Shown: positions 1 to 11,292, numbered from the stretch's first letter. The stretch is 64,000 nucleotides of DNA from Burkholderiaceae bacterium (GCA_018401615.1 JAGYKN010000009.1:136-64135); one strand, 5' to 3'. Translations and numbers: made by a program. Notes: a model not told the origin generated them from the letters alone.

Positions 1-462
1 GCGACGGGCAGCATCCTCGTGGTGCTCGCCAAAGATGTTGTCTCTGAGCACCCGTCCGTGGGCATCTGTCTCTTGGTGGGTTGAGGCAGGCGCCCTGAAG
101 GTGGAGACCTCGATGGTCTCGGGCCCGAACATGACATGCACGATCTGAAACCGGCGCCCAATGATGCGGGCCCGCCGAAAGAGTCTCTGGACATCGTCTG
201 GGGTGGCGTTGGTGGCAACGTCAAAGTCTTTTGGACGCATGCCAAGCATGAGGTCTCTGACTGCCCCGCCCACCACGAAGGCCTTCCAGCCGGCCTTCTG
301 AAGGCCCTCGACGGTTCGCAGGGCCGCCTGTGATACCAGCCGACGGTCGATTCCAACCTTGCTGGCTTTAAAGATCTTTGGGTCGTGTCGATTGGCCGGC
401 GCATGGCCCTTGGAATGTCCGGGTGCCAGACGCGCCAGGGAGCGAAGGAGTTTCCTAATCAC
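1..462 (-). CDS. pcnB: Poly(A) polymerase PcnB, 5' part (runs off the window)
   Basis: Not in the ORF track. Manual translation from GTG at 462 gives MIRKLL...FVVGGAVRDLMLGMRPKDFDVATNATP...IIGRRFQIVHV...IEVSTFRA...RVLRDNIFGEHHEDAARR. Confidence 0.92.
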   Translation of the reverse strand, partial: MIRKLLRSLARLAPGHSKGHAPANRHDPKIFKASKVGIDRRLVSQAALRTVEGLQKAGWKAFVVGGAVRDLMLGMRPKDFDVATNATPDDVQRLFRRARIIGRRFQIVHVMFGPETIEVSTFRAPASTHQETDAHGRVLRDNIFGEHHEDAARR

Positions 463-467
463 AGCCG

Positions 468-1148
468 TCAGGGTAACAGGATCATCGGCCAGCCTTCGGC
501 CTTCGCATGTGCAGCCAGGGTGGGGTCGGCATTGACGGCGACGGGGTGCGTGACCCGTCCGAGAAGGGGCAGGTCGTTGCGAGAGTCGCTGTAGAAATAA
601 GAGGTCTCGAAGGCCTCGAGCTCGGTGCCTCGGGTGGCCAACCACTGGGCCAACCTCACCACCTTGCCCTCTTGGAAGCTCGGCACGCCAAGGGGCCTGC
701 CGGTAAAGCGGCCCTGTGGGTCTGTCTCTAGCTCGGTGCCAATGAGGTGAGGAACATGAAAGGCCTCTGCAATGGGGGTGGTGATGAAGGTGTTGGTGGC
801 CGTCACGATGGCCACCAAATCGCCCGCATCAAGGTGCCCCTGGACCAGGGCGCGGGCGGGCTCGCCAATGTGGGGCGTGATGCAGGTGGTCATGAACGCC
901 TCTCGCCAGGACAAGAGTGTCTCAAGCGGGTGGGCCGCAAGCGGTGCCAATTGAAATGCCAGGAACTCGAAGATGTCGAGGGTGCCTGCCGTGTACTGTG
1001 CGTAGAAGTGGTCATTCCTGCGGCTGTACCAGTCTGGATCCACCACACCGAGGTCGATCAGGAAACGGGCCCAGGCGACATCGCTGTCAATTGGGATCAA
1101 GGTGTTGTCGAGATCGAAGAGGGCAATGCAGGTTGGATTTGAGGTCAT
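468..1148 (-). CDS. HAD-IB family hydrolase (SerB-like / histidinol-phosphatase-like)
   Basis: DLDNTL motif I and YSDSRNDLPLL motif; usual pcnB-HAD-hda synteny. Confidence 0.85.
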   Translation of the reverse strand: MTSNPTCIALFDLDNTLIPIDSDVAWARFLIDLGVVDPDWYSRRNDHFYAQYTAGTLDIFEFLAFQLAPLAAHPLETLLSWREAFMTTCITPHIGEPARALVQGHLDAGDLVAIVTATNTFITTPIAEAFHVPHLIGTELETDPQGRFTGRPLGVPSFQEGKVVRLAQWLATRGTELEAFETSYFYSDSRNDLPLLGRVTHPVAVNADPTLAAHAKAEGWPMILLP

Positions 1149-1217
1149 GGCGGCCGACTTTGGTTGAAAGAGGATTGAGCGAGGATTTAGCGAGGATTGG
1201 CCGGGGGCTTGATTGGC

Positions 1218-1988
1218 CTAGGGCTTGGTCTGGCTCGCAAGGGTCTCATCGATGAGGCTGCGCACCAGCGGCAGGGAGATCGGTCGCTTCAGGGACAGGG
1301 CTCGACGGTCAACGATCTGCAACAACTCGGTGAGCAGAGACAGGTTCCTGGGCAGGCGGCTCAGGAGGTAATCAAATAACCTGTCAAAGCTGTCTTGCTC
1401 GGCATGTGAGAGCCAGCCCAGCACGAGTGCGCGCTCCCGCAGGGCGTCTCGCATCTCGGGCTCGGAGAGTTCTGCCAACTCAAAGACCAGGCACTGGCCA
1501 AGGCGCGTTCGAAGGTCCTCTCGGCTCTTCATGTGTCTGGGGGGCCGGTCTGCCGCAAAGACAATCGGGGCGTTGTGCTGCATGGCCTGGTTGTAGAGGG
1601 TAAAGAGGCAGGCCTGCTCATCTGGGTTGGCGAGGTGGACGTCGTCAATCAGCCAGACCAGCGGTGCATCGGATGCCTGGGCCTCAAGTGCATGGGCTGG
1701 GGAGTCCCTGGACACGGGCTGTCCGCATCGAAGCAGGCGTCGGACCTCGGGGTGTTCTCGGGCGAAGGCGCTCAGCCAGAAGGTCTTTCCGCAGCCAGGC
1801 GGCCCCCAGAGATAAACAGCACGCGGGCCCACAGGTGTCTGAGTTGCAGGATGCCCACGCAGGGCAGAGTCGAGGGCCTCGAGTGCGGCGGCGTTGCGGC
1901 CCACCACCCCATCGGCCCGACTCGGCGCAGGCAGACTGCTCAGGCCAAGGGGCAGCTGATGCGAGGGGGAGTCGAGTGGTTGTCCCAT
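1218..1988 (-). CDS. hda: DnaA regulatory inactivator Hda
   Basis: Clamp-binding QLPL, YLWGPPGCGKT, IDDVH, DLRTRL; divergent from purM. Start set at ATG 1988. Confidence 0.85.
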   Translation of the reverse strand: MGQPLDSPSHQLPLGLSSLPAPSRADGVVGRNAAALEALDSALRGHPATQTPVGPRAVYLWGPPGCGKTFWLSAFAREHPEVRRLLRCGQPVSRDSPAHALEAQASDAPLVWLIDDVHLANPDEQACLFTLYNQAMQHNAPIVFAADRPPRHMKSREDLRTRLGQCLVFELAELSEPEMRDALRERALVLGWLSHAEQDSFDRLFDYLLSRLPRNLSLLTELLQIVDRRALSLKRPISLPLVRSLIDETLASQTKP

Positions 1989-2014
1989 AAAATGCAATTT
2001 TCCGGGTCTCTGCC

Positions 2015-3100
2015 ATGAATTCAAAATCAACCAGCCTGACCTACCGCGACGCAGGCGTGGACATCGATGCCGGCGACGCCCTTGTGGACCGCATCAAGCC
2101 CCTGGCCAGGCGCACCATGCGGCCGGAAGTCCTCGCGGGCATCGGCGGCTTTGGGGCCCTCTGCGGCCTTCCCAAGGGCATGGTCGACCCCATCCTCGTC
2201 TCTGGCACCGACGGTGTGGGCACCAAACTCAGGCTCGCGTTCGGCCTGGATCGCCACGAGACAGTGGGCATCGACCTCGTGGCCATGAGTGTGAACGACA
2301 TTCTTGTGCAGGGCGCCGAGCCCCTGTTTTTTCTTGACTATTTCGCCTGTGGCCGCCTGTCAATTGACACCGCAACGGCAGTCGTCAGTGGCATTGCAAG
2401 CGGCTGTGAGGCCTCTGGGTGTGCGCTCATTGGTGGTGAAACGGCTGAGATGCCGGGCATGTACCCCGATGGTGAATACGACCTGGCCGGCTTTGCAGTG
2501 GGTGTGGTGGAGCGAGCCCAGATCTTGGATGGCCGCAAGGTGGCTGCGGATGACGTGGTCCTGGGCCTGGCCTCTAGCGGCTTTCACAGCAATGGCTACT
2601 CGCTGGTGAGGGCCGTCTTGGCCCGGCACTTTGGTGAGATCACGCGGGCTGCATTGTCGTCGGTGGCCCTTGAGTCGTCCCCAGGATCGGGCCTCACGGC
2701 CACGCTCGACGACCTCGTCATGGCACCCACACGGCTCTATGTGAAGCCTGTTCTGAGTGCGTTGCGGGCGCACCCTGGCCAGATTCATGCCCTGGCCCAC
2801 ATCACAGGCGGGGGACTGATTGGCAACATTCCCAGGGTCCTGCCGGCCCACCTCATGGTGCGACTCGATGCGGGTGCGTGGCCCCTGCCGGCGGTGATGT
2901 CCTTCATCCAATCTGAGGGGCAGATCGCGGGCGATGAAATGCACCGCGTCTTTAATTGTGGAATTGGCATGGTTGTGGTGGTGCCCAAGGAGGCTGCAGA
3001 GGCTGTGGCAGCAAGCCTCACCGCTGCTGGCGAGCGGGTCTATCGGATTGGGGAGGTCTTGGCGCGGCCCATCAACTCCGCGCAGACCGTGATCAGCTGA
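2015..3100 (+). CDS. purM: Phosphoribosylformylglycinamidine cyclo-ligase
   Basis: [32 protein letters not shown]. Confidence 0.97.
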   Translation: MNSKSTSLTYRDAGVDIDAGDALVDRIKPLARRTMRPEVLAGIGGFGALCGLPKGMVDPILVSGTDGVGTKLRLAFGLDRHETVGIDLVAMSVNDILVQGAEPLFFLDYFACGRLSIDTATAVVSGIASGCEASGCALIGGETAEMPGMYPDGEYDLAGFAVGVVERAQILDGRKVAADDVVLGLASSGFHSNGYSLVRAVLARHFGEITRAALSSVALESSPGSGLTATLDDLVMAPTRLYVKPVLSALRAHPGQIHALAHITGGGLIGNIPRVLPAHLMVRLDAGAWPLPAVMSFIQSEGQIAGDEMHRVFNCGIGMVVVVPKEAAEAVAASLTAAGERVYRIGEVLARPINSAQTVIS

Positions 3101-4017
3101 TCGACTGTTGCCGTCTGAGGGTCCACTCGCCTGATGTCGCCAAAACTGCGCAGCCAAGTCATCTGGCGTTTGGCCAGTTGTCGGGTGGCCTCAATGGCCT
3201 TTTGCAGGCAGGCCTCTGGCGCCTCGAAACCAGCTGCGCCATCGAGGTGGGCCCAGGCCTGGCGGTAGCCCACGGCCCGCATGCTCGGGTGCTGCGCACT
3301 CAGGCCTTCTCGTTGCCTCAGGGCCCTGACCTCGTCAAGAAAGCCGCCTTGCATCATGTCATGGAGACGCTGGGCAATTCGGTCATGAAGCCAGCGTCGA
3401 TCGACGGGTTCAAGGGCCAGGGTGCGAAGGGGAGCAATGGGCGGCAGCCCAGTGCCCCGTTGCCTGCTCAGGGCAATCCATGCCGAGAGGGCCTGACCAG
3501 TCTCCTCATAGACCTCCAATGCCCTTGCAATGCGCTGGGCATCGTGGACAGAGAGCCTGGCCGCAGTGGCGGGGTCATGCTCGGTTAGTCTGGCGTGCAG
3601 GGCTGGCCAACCGAGCCGACGGGCATCGTCTGCAATGCGCGCTCGAGTCTGTGGCCTGCAGGTTGGCAGGTCATCGATGCCATCTCGCAGGGCTTTAAAG
3701 TAGAGCATGGTGCCCCCCACCAGCAGCGGCGTGTGACCTCTTGACGCAATGCCCTCGACTGCTGAGCGAGCCGCCTTGAGGTGGTCGGCCACCGAGTGGG
3801 CTGCCTCGGGTGCGCAGAGGTCGATGAGGTGATGGGCGACCTGGTCTCGATCGGCCTTCGAGGGCTTGGCGGTGCCGATGTCCATGCCGGTGTAGACCAG
3901 GGCCGAGTCGATGCTCACAATCTCGACGGTGCCAAGTTGCTCGGAGCGCGCCAACGCCATGGCCAGGCCCGACTTGCCGCTGGCCGTCGGACCCAGGATG
4001 CAGAGCAGGGGGCTCAC
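3040..4017 (-). CDS. miaA: tRNA dimethylallyltransferase
   Basis: [30 protein letters not shown] start overlaps the mutL stop (GTGA). Confidence 0.95.
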   Translation of the reverse strand: MSPLLCILGPTASGKSGLAMALARSEQLGTVEIVSIDSALVYTGMDIGTAKPSKADRDQVAHHLIDLCAPEAAHSVADHLKAARSAVEGIASRGHTPLLVGGTMLYFKALRDGIDDLPTCRPQTRARIADDARRLGWPALHARLTEHDPATAARLSVHDAQRIARALEVYEETGQALSAWIALSRQRGTGLPPIAPLRTLALEPVDRRWLHDRIAQRLHDMMQGGFLDEVRALRQREGLSAQHPSMRAVGYRQAWAHLDGAAGFEAPEACLQKAIEATRQLAKRQMTWLRSFGDIRRVDPQTATVDQLITVCAELMGRAKTSPIR

Positions 4018-5810
4018 TGGCCGCGAAGAAACAGCCGGTCGATGTCTGCGAGGCTCCACTGCAGCCAGGTGGGCCGACCGTGGTTGCACTGATCGGCTCG
4101 CGCGGTCTGTTCCATGTCTCGCAGGAGCTGGTTCATTTCAGGAAGGCTCAGATGCCGATTTGCTCGGACCGATCCGTGACAGGCCATGGTGGCCAGGAGG
4201 GCATCGCGTTGGGCCTCGACCCCATTGGCGACACCCTGCTCGGCAAGCTCCCGAAGGGCATCGCGCACCAGCGGCTCGAGGGGGACGTTTGCCAGAAGGC
4301 TTGGGACCCCACGAACGGCAAGGTGATCGCTCGACAATGGCGTGAGAACCAGACCGAGTGCCTCAAGTGCCTGGGCCTCCCGTGCGGCGACCTCTAATTC
4401 TTCGGCAGAGGCCTTTAGGACGACTGGCTCTAAGAGTGACTGGATGGTGTTCTTGGTGGTCGATTTGAGTTGCTCATAGAGCACCCGTTCGTGGGCGGCA
4501 TGCATGTCAATCAGCACGAGGCCCTCTGCGTTCTGGGCCAGGATGTAGATGCCATGGACCTGCCCAATGGCAAAGCCCAGGGGGTGGGCATCGGCAGCCG
4601 AGGGCGCCGGTGCCTGAGTGACCCACTGCGGCCGTGCAGCAAGAGGTGCTGCATCCGAGGCCACAAGTGGCATGCTCGATTGAAGATGGGCCCAGGCAGA
4701 TGGCAGGCGAGGGCCCACGCGGACGGGGGCCTCCGAGGCCATGCCGGGGGCCAAGGCCGCGCCGGGAGCCAAAGCCTTGCCGGGAGCCAAAGCCATGCCG
4801 GAGGACATGCCTAAAGACGAGGCTGGGGCACTGCTGCTCGAGAGCGCAGCCTTGCAGGCAGACATCACGGCCTGAAAGACCGCCTGACCCTCTCGGAATC
4901 GGACTTCTGCCTTGGCTGGATGAACGTTCACATCGACGAGCCCTGGGTCAAGGGTGAGTGAGACCACCGCAGCTGGCTGACGGTCTCCGTGCAAGACGTC
5001 TGCATAGGCCATGCGCAATGCCTGGATGAGCAGGCGATCGCGAACGGCTCGCCCATTGACAAAAAAGTACTGCTGATCTGATCGGCCTGCGACATCGGTC
5101 GGGGTCTGCAGCCAAGACTCAATGTGCAGCGGCCCCCTCACCTCATCGACGATCCGCAGCCGAGCCTCGGGGAGGTCGAGCACCTGGGCAATGCGTCGGC
5201 CAGGCTCGCACGGCATGAGTCGCATCACCAGTCGATCTTGATGGGTGAGTTGCCAACCAAGGTCTGCGCGAATCAGTGCCTGCCGAACAAAGGCCTCTCG
5301 GGCATGGCCCCACTCGGTGCCTGCGGTCTTTAGAAAACGCCTGCGGGCCGGAACAGCATGAAAGAGGGCCTGTATGTCGACAGTCGTGCCCACACCAGCA
5401 GCCGTTGGACCAAGGATCCACGCGCCACTGATGTTGCTGATCTGGCTTGCATGCGGCGCATCTTGGGTGCGGCTTGTGAGAGTGAGCTGAGAGACCGATC
5501 CAATCGCCGCGAGGGCTTCACCGCGAAAGCCATGGGTTGCAATCTGTTGGAGGTCTTGCATGGATTGAATTTTGCTCGTGGCATGCCGAGTCACGGCCAG
5601 GCTGAGATCGACCTGCGGGATGCCGCAGCCGTCGTCCTGGACCCTGATGCGCCGAATGCCGCCATCTTCGAGGGTCAGGTGGATCTGCTGGGCGCCAGCG
5701 TCGACCGCATTTTCGAGCAACTCTTTGACCACCGAGGCCGGACGCTCGATGACCTCGCCGGCTGCGATCTGGCTGATGAGGAGGTCTGGGAGCAGGCAGA
5801 TGGCGGCCAT
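4014..5810 (-). CDS. mutL: DNA mismatch repair protein MutL
   Basis: IAAGEVIERPASVVKEL, GFRGEAL; endonuclease motifs DMHAAHER, ACH and CNHGRP. Confidence 0.97.
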   Translation of the reverse strand: MAAICLLPDLLISQIAAGEVIERPASVVKELLENAVDAGAQQIHLTLEDGGIRRIRVQDDGCGIPQVDLSLAVTRHATSKIQSMQDLQQIATHGFRGEALAAIGSVSQLTLTSRTQDAPHASQISNISGAWILGPTAAGVGTTVDIQALFHAVPARRRFLKTAGTEWGHAREAFVRQALIRADLGWQLTHQDRLVMRLMPCEPGRRIAQVLDLPEARLRIVDEVRGPLHIESWLQTPTDVAGRSDQQYFFVNGRAVRDRLLIQALRMAYADVLHGDRQPAAVVSLTLDPGLVDVNVHPAKAEVRFREGQAVFQAVMSACKAALSSSSAPASSLGMSSGMALAPGKALAPGAALAPGMASEAPVRVGPRLPSAWAHLQSSMPLVASDAAPLAARPQWVTQAPAPSAADAHPLGFAIGQVHGIYILAQNAEGLVLIDMHAAHERVLYEQLKSTTKNTIQSLLEPVVLKASAEELEVAAREAQALEALGLVLTPLSSDHLAVRGVPSLLANVPLEPLVRDALRELAEQGVANGVEAQRDALLATMACHGSVRANRHLSLPEMNQLLRDMEQTARADQCNHGRPTWLQWSLADIDRLFLRGQ

Positions 5811-5814
5811 CGGC

Positions 5815-7044
5815 TCACATCATCCGTGACTTGGCCAACGGCGGATTCTGGGCAAAGTAGGCCTTGATGCCACTTGCCAGTGCACGGGCCATCTCTTGTT
5901 GGTAACCGTGATCGCGAAGCCGCTGCTCTTCCTGCGGATTGCTGATGAAGGCTGTCTCGACGAGGATCGATGGAATGTCGGGTGCCCTGAGCACAGCAAA
6001 GCCAGCCTGCTCGACCTGCTGTTTGTGAAGGCTGTTGACACGTTTCATCTGGCCCAAGACGGCCTGTCCAAGCTTGAGGGAGTCTTTTATCTGCGCGGTG
6101 GTCGACATGTCCAAGAGGGTCTGGGCGAGTTGTGAATCCTTGCCCATGAGTCGAACCCCCCCGATGCCGTCAGCCGAATTCTCTTTCTGCGCCATCCATC
6201 GGGCGGCCGCGCTGGTGGCGCCGCGGTCCGACAGCGCATAGACCGATGAGCCTCGCGCCTTGGGCGATACCCAGGCATCTGCGTGGATGGAGACCATGAG
6301 GTCTGCCCGCACCTGTCGTGCCTTTTGGACCCGCCGGCTCAGGGGCACAAAATAATCGCCATCTCGGGTGAGGAAGGCCCGCATACCGGGCTCACGATCA
6401 ATCTCTTTTTTGAGCAGGCGCGCGATTCGCAACACAACATCCTTTTCTCGGGTGCCTCGCCTGCCGATGGCGCCGGGATCCTCCCCGCCGTGGCCTGGAT
6501 CGAGGGCAACGGTGACCAGGCGATGCACCTGTGCCGGGCCACGCGCAGCAACTGGGGGATCTGTCGGGGCAGGGGTACTGGCCTGTTGCTCTTCGTAGCC
6601 CTTGAGAAAGGCCAGCAGCGGGTCTTGTTCCTCGATGGGGTAGAGGTCCAGCACCAGCCTGTGCTGGTATTGCGCCACTGGGGGCAGGGTGAAGACCGAT
6701 GGCCGTATGGTCTGCTTGAGGTCAAAGACCAGCCGCACGGTTGTGGGCAGAAACTGCCCAACCCGGACCTGCGCAATATAGGGGTCGTTGGCTTGTATGC
6801 GTGCCACCAGGTCTCGGAGCGTGGGGTTGAGGGTGAGGCCTTCGAGGTCGACCACCAGTCGATCGGGAGCGGTCAGCAGGTGGGTCTTGTAGGAGAGCCC
6901 CGGTGTGTCGTGTTCAATGGCCACTCGGGTGTAGTCGGGCGCGGGCCAGACCCTCACGGCCACAACGGCCAGGGCGTGTGCGGGGGTCTTGAGTCCCAGT
7001 AAAAGGGTGGCGCCAGAGGCCAAGAGAAGGTCTCGCCGCTTCAA
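5815..7044 (-). CDS. amiC: N-acetylmuramoyl-L-alanine amidase with Tat signal and AMIN domain
   Basis: KRRDLL Tat motif, LDPGHGGEDPGA, SIHADA, LVETAFISN. Confidence 0.93.
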   Translation of the reverse strand: MKRRDLLLASGATLLLGLKTPAHALAVVAVRVWPAPDYTRVAIEHDTPGLSYKTHLLTAPDRLVVDLEGLTLNPTLRDLVARIQANDPYIAQVRVGQFLPTTVRLVFDLKQTIRPSVFTLPPVAQYQHRLVLDLYPIEEQDPLLAFLKGYEEQQASTPAPTDPPVAARGPAQVHRLVTVALDPGHGGEDPGAIGRRGTREKDVVLRIARLLKKEIDREPGMRAFLTRDGDYFVPLSRRVQKARQVRADLMVSIHADAWVSPKARGSSVYALSDRGATSAAARWMAQKENSADGIGGVRLMGKDSQLAQTLLDMSTTAQIKDSLKLGQAVLGQMKRVNSLHKQQVEQAGFAVLRAPDIPSILVETAFISNPQEEQRLRDHGYQQEMARALASGIKAYFAQNPPLAKSRMM

Positions 7045-7550
7045 GCCTCAAGCCCCGTCAGGTTGCGCGCAAGGGCATCCACAGCATCGTGGATGTCCTG
7101 AGAGGCCGTGGTGGCCAAGAGCAGCCTTGGCCCCTCGGGATTGGCCCGGTCTGCCCAGTCAATCGAGATGGCCAAGTCTGGGTCGGGCAGGCCCGCAGCG
7201 CGTTCAGGCCACTCCAAGATCGCCAGGCCCTCCGAGAGGGTCTCGCGCAGGCCCGCGCTGCGCCATGCATGAGGATCCTCGAGTCGGTAGAGGTCAATGT
7301 GATGAATCACCAGCCCGGGAAGGTCGTAGCGCTCGGCCACCGCGAAACTCGGGCTCCTGATGCGCCCGGTGATCCCAAGGCCCTGCAGGAGGCCGCGGGC
7401 AAAGCTTGTCTTTCCGGCCCCAAGCGAGCCAGACAAGGTGAGTCGCCTCAGAGACCCCTGTCTCACCAGCGGGACGAGCCCATTGGCAACGCCGAGCATG
7501 GCGTTTTCATTGCAGGGTTTGAATTGAACCTGCAGGCGGTCAACAATCAT
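7041..7550 (-). CDS. tsaE: t6A biosynthesis ATPase TsaE
   Basis: GSLGAGKT, SPSF, HIDLYRL, EWPE; start uncertain. Confidence 0.9.
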   Translation of the reverse strand: MIVDRLQVQFKPCNENAMLGVANGLVPLVRQGSLRRLTLSGSLGAGKTSFARGLLQGLGITGRIRSPSFAVAERYDLPGLVIHHIDLYRLEDPHAWRSAGLRETLSEGLAILEWPERAAGLPDPDLAISIDWADRANPEGPRLLLATTASQDIHDAVDALARNLTGLEA

Positions 7551-7553
7551 GGA

Positions 7554-8663
7554 ATGTCCGGTCTCCAACACAACACCATTGTCCCCGATCCATCAGATCT
7601 CGCATCGCTCAAAGGGTGGGCAACGGGCCTGGGTTTCTCCGGGCTTGGCGTGGTGCCATTGTCCCAGGAGTGGGCGCAATCGGATGCGGTCACGCGCATG
7701 AGAGGCTGGTTGAGCCAGGGCTTTCATGGCGAGATGACATTTCTTGAACACCACATGCCCCTTCGCGCCCAACACGATGCCCTGCTGCCTGGGGCTCGCA
7801 GCGTGGTGATGGTGACGATGGATTACCTGGCGCAGCCAGAGGATTGGCAGCAGCGGGAGGCTGAGGCGATTGACCGCCCAACCCGGGCGGTGGTGTCGGT
7901 CTATGCCCGCGGGCGGGATTATCACAGGCTGATGCGCCGCCGACTCGCGCAGCTGGCGCGCGCCATGGTGGCCGCCTGGGGGCCAATGGGCCATCGGGCT
8001 TGCGTGGACTCAGCCCCACTTCTAGAGGTCGAATTGGCCCGTCGAGCCGGCCTGGGATGGCGAGGCAAGCACACCCTGCTGCTGTCTCGGGAGCAGGGCT
8101 CGATGTTTTTTCTCGGGGCGCTCTTGACAGACCGAGTCTTGCCGGCCTCGCAGCCCATTGCCGATCATTGCGGGCGTTGCACCGCATGCCTGACGGCCTG
8201 CCCCACCAACGCCTTCGTGGGCCCCTATCAACTCGATGCCCGGCGCTGCATCTCTTACCTCACGATCGAGCATGCTGGCGAGATTCCGCAGCCGCTGCGG
8301 CCCCTCATGGGCAACCGAGTCTATGGTTGCGATGACTGCCAGCGGGTCTGTCCCTGGAATCGGTATGCCAAGGCAGCGAGCCTGCCGGATTTCGATGTCC
8401 GCAATGGCCTTGATTGCGCAGACCTCATCACGCTATTTGCCTGGGATGCAGCAACCTTCAAAGCAAGGCATGCAGGCAGCGCCATTGCCCGAATCGGCCA
8501 TGAGCGTTGGCTTCGCAACCTTGCCGTGGGATTGGGAAATGCGCTTCGAGTGGCAGTCAATGCTGCCCCCATTCGGGCGGCCTTGGCCTCAAGGGCACTC
8601 GATGCGAGCCCACTGGTGCGCAGTCATGTTGCCTGGGCCCTTGCCCAGGGGGATGCCCCATGA
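7554..8663 (+). CDS. queG: Epoxyqueuosine reductase
   Basis: YARGRDYH, CGRCTACLTACPT, CISYLTIE, GCDDCQRVCPWN; start trimmed from the ORF track. Confidence 0.95.
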   Translation: MSGLQHNTIVPDPSDLASLKGWATGLGFSGLGVVPLSQEWAQSDAVTRMRGWLSQGFHGEMTFLEHHMPLRAQHDALLPGARSVVMVTMDYLAQPEDWQQREAEAIDRPTRAVVSVYARGRDYHRLMRRRLAQLARAMVAAWGPMGHRACVDSAPLLEVELARRAGLGWRGKHTLLLSREQGSMFFLGALLTDRVLPASQPIADHCGRCTACLTACPTNAFVGPYQLDARRCISYLTIEHAGEIPQPLRPLMGNRVYGCDDCQRVCPWNRYAKAASLPDFDVRNGLDCADLITLFAWDAATFKARHAGSAIARIGHERWLRNLAVGLGNALRVAVNAAPIRAALASRALDASPLVRSHVAWALAQGDAP

Positions 8664-9577
8664 GCAGGCCCATCGTCGACCCAGTCGATGCCGCTGTGAT
8701 CGATCACTTCATCGAGGGCCTCTGGTTTGAGGAGGGGCTCGCCAAGAACACGCGTGAGGCCTATCGGCGTGACCTCGTTGACCTTGCAGCCTGGCGGCTC
8801 TCAGAGGCCACGAGCATGAAGGGTCTGGCGGACCTGGTCTTGGTCGACCTACTGGCCTATCTGCAGAGTCGACACAGCAGCCTGCGGGCCTCGAGCTTTA
8901 ATCGTCGGCTCTCGTGCATGCGTCGCTTCTATGGATGGCTGGTTCGAGGGGGCCGTCGCGCAGACGATCCCTCGCAGGATTTGCAGTCGGCCCGTCAGCC
9001 CGAGCGCTTTCCAAAGGCACCTGCAGAGGGACAAGTCGAGGCACTTCTGGCAGCCCCAGATTCAGAGTCGACGCTGGGTCTTCGGGACAAGGCGATGATC
9101 GAACTCCTCTATGCGACAGGCCTTCGTGTCTCCGAGTTGGTGGGCCTCACCCTCCAGCAGGTGGGTCTCTCAGATGGCCTGGTGCGGGTGATTGGAAAAG
9201 GCAACAAGGAGCGCCTGGTGCCCTATGGGCAGGAGGCAGGACACTGGCTCTCAGCCTATCTTGTGCGTGGCCGCCCGGCGCTGCTCGGCCCGCGCCTCTC
9301 GGAGGCGGTCTTTGTCACAGAGCGAGGCTGCGCCATGACCCGACAGTACTTCTGGCAACTGATCAAGCGCTATGGCCAGCTGGCCGGTCTGCCCGCAACC
9401 CTCTCTCCTCATGGCCTTCGCCATGCCTTTGCGACCCACCTGCTCAACCACGGGGCAGACCTGCGGGTGGTGCAGATGCTGCTCGGACATGCGGACATTT
9501 CCACCACGCAGGTCTATACCCATGTGGCCCGAGAGCGCCTCGCCAAACTCCATGCGCTGCACCATCCACGGGCGTGA
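8660..9577 (+). CDS. xerD: Site-specific tyrosine recombinase XerD
   Basis: LYATGLRVSELV, HGLRHAFATHLLNHGADLRVVQMLLGH, TQVYTHV, HHPRA end; ATGA overlap with queG. Confidence 0.93.
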   Translation: MSRPIVDPVDAAVIDHFIEGLWFEEGLAKNTREAYRRDLVDLAAWRLSEATSMKGLADLVLVDLLAYLQSRHSSLRASSFNRRLSCMRRFYGWLVRGGRRADDPSQDLQSARQPERFPKAPAEGQVEALLAAPDSESTLGLRDKAMIELLYATGLRVSELVGLTLQQVGLSDGLVRVIGKGNKERLVPYGQEAGHWLSAYLVRGRPALLGPRLSEAVFVTERGCAMTRQYFWQLIKRYGQLAGLPATLSPHGLRHAFATHLLNHGADLRVVQMLLGHADISTTQVYTHVARERLAKLHALHHPRA

Positions 9578-9610
9578 TGTTGGGCTTGGACTGGGGGGCA
9601 TAATTCCGCG

Positions 9611-10252
9611 ATGGATGCCAACAATCTGATGCAGGTGGTGCTGGGAGTGCTCGCAGCCTATCTCATGGGTTCTGTCTCCAGCGCCGTTGTTGTGAGCAAG
9701 TTGCGAGGCTTGGCAGACCCCCGCAGCTACGGATCCGGCAATCCAGGCGCCACCAACATGCTTCGAAGCGGCGACAAACTCGCGGCTGCACTCACGCTGC
9801 TTGGTGATGCAGCAAAGGGGCTGCTGGCGGTCTTGCTGGTGCCCAGGCTGATGGGCTCAGACTCTCCCGCGCTTTTGGCGGCGGTTGCTCTGGCCGTCTT
9901 TCTTGGCCATTTATGGCCTGTCTTTTTTGGCTTTCGGGGTGGCAAGGGTGTGGCCACCGCCCTGGGGGTGTTGCTCGGGCTCTCTATTTGGGTGGGCCTG
10001 GCATGCCTGGCCACCTGGCTGCTGGTCTTTCGTGTGAGCCGCACATCCTCTCTGGCCGCCTTGGTGGCCGCCTCAGTGGCGCCCTTGGCCTGGTGGGCGC
10101 TTCATGGGTTGGATCCTGTCTTTGTGGGGGTGCTGTTGATGACCATGCTCTTGGTCTGGCGACACCGCACAAACATTCGTGCCCTGCGCGCAGGCGTTGA
10201 GCATGGCTTTCAGACCGACAGGCCCACAGACGACAAATCCCACCGGGGCTGA
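9611..10252 (+). CDS. plsY: Glycerol-3-phosphate acyltransferase PlsY
   Basis: GSGNPGATN, GGKGVAT, RHRTNI. Confidence 0.95.
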   Translation: MDANNLMQVVLGVLAAYLMGSVSSAVVVSKLRGLADPRSYGSGNPGATNMLRSGDKLAAALTLLGDAAKGLLAVLLVPRLMGSDSPALLAAVALAVFLGHLWPVFFGFRGGKGVATALGVLLGLSIWVGLACLATWLLVFRVSRTSSLAALVAASVAPLAWWALHGLDPVFVGVLLMTMLLVWRHRTNIRALRAGVEHGFQTDRPTDDKSHRG

Positions 10253-11292
10253 GCCAGGATCACGCCCGCTGGCTTGGCCGGCTCGCCCGCGAGGTGGCGA
10301 AGTCCCGCAGCCCACGCAATCATCACGCCGTTGTCCGTGCAGAGTGCAGGGGGTGGAAAGAGGACTCGCACTTGCCTGCGCTCGGAGGCCGAGGCGAGGG
10401 TTGAGCGGAGCATCTGATTGGCGCTCACCCCGCCTGCAACCACCAGTGTGTCGATTCCGGTCGCATCAAGTGCTGCCATCGACTTTGAGACCAAGACATC
10501 GACAATGGCCGCCTGAAGGCCTGCGGCAAGGTCTGAGCGGTCTTTGGGCGTGAGCGGCTGATGCCTCTGAACCTGGGTGAGCACAGCGGTCTTGAGGCCT
10601 GCAAAGCTGAAATCAAAGCCTGGCCGATGTTTCAGGGGTCGAGGAAGCTTAAAGCGCGCGGCAGTCCCGTTTTCTGCACAGGCCGCGATGGCTGGCCCCC
10701 CGGGATACCCAAGGCCCAATAGTTGCGCCGTCTTATCGAATGCCTCTCCTGCTGCGTCGTCAATGGTGTCGCCGAGCAACTCATAGGCCCCGATCCCGTT
10801 GACGCGCATGATCTGCGTGTGACCGCCTGAGACCAGCAGGGCCAGAAACGGGAAGGTCAAGGCCCGAGCGGCCGGATCGATCAGGGCAGACAGCAGGTGG
10901 GCTTCGAGGTGATGGATGCCGACGATGGGCTTTTGAAGGCCAGCGCCGATGCCGTGAGCAACGCTGTTGCCGACCAAGAGTGCCCCGGCCAGCCCTGGCC
11001 CCTGGGTGACGCCAATCAGGTCGATCCGCGCCAGCGGGATCTGGGCCTCGACAAGACAGGCCTGCAACAGGGGAACGATGCGCAAGAGGTGGTCTCGAGA
11101 GGCCAGCTCGGGGACCACGCCACCATAGAGCTGGTGGAGGCTGACTTGGGAATGAAGGGCCTGGCCCAGCAGGGTGGCCCTGGGCAATTCTCCTGCAGAA
11201 TCAGCCGCAGAGACCGCCAGAATGGCGATTCCGGTCTCATCACAAGAGGTCTCGATGCCCAAAACAATGAGCTGGCTTGCAGAAATCGTCAT
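10210..11292 (-). CDS. tsaD: tRNA threonylcarbamoyltransferase TsaD
   Basis: [36 protein letters not shown]. Confidence 0.96.
   Translation of the reverse strand: MTISASQLIVLGIETSCDETGIAILAVSAADSAGELPRATLLGQALHSQVSLHQLYGGVVPELASRDHLLRIVPLLQACLVEAQIPLARIDLIGVTQGPGLAGALLVGNSVAHGIGAGLQKPIVGIHHLEAHLLSALIDPAARALTFPFLALLVSGGHTQIMRVNGIGAYELLGDTIDDAAGEAFDKTAQLLGLGYPGGPAIAACAENGTAARFKLPRPLKHRPGFDFSFAGLKTAVLTQVQRHQPLTPKDRSDLAAGLQAAIVDVLVSKSMAALDATGIDTLVVAGGVSANQMLRSTLASASERRQVRVLFPPPALCTDNGVMIAWAAGLRHLAGEPAKPAGVILAQPRWDLSSVGLSV

Noticed and set aside
3040-3100. Convergent overlaps purM/miaA (61 bp) and plsY/tsaD (43 bp)
   Set aside because: These are short non-conserved C-terminal tails in a compact genome; there is no evidence of a special function
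8660-9577. Tyrosine recombinase as a possible island integrase
   Set aside because: Sequence and context are those of housekeeping XerD; no att sites or mobile genes are adjacent
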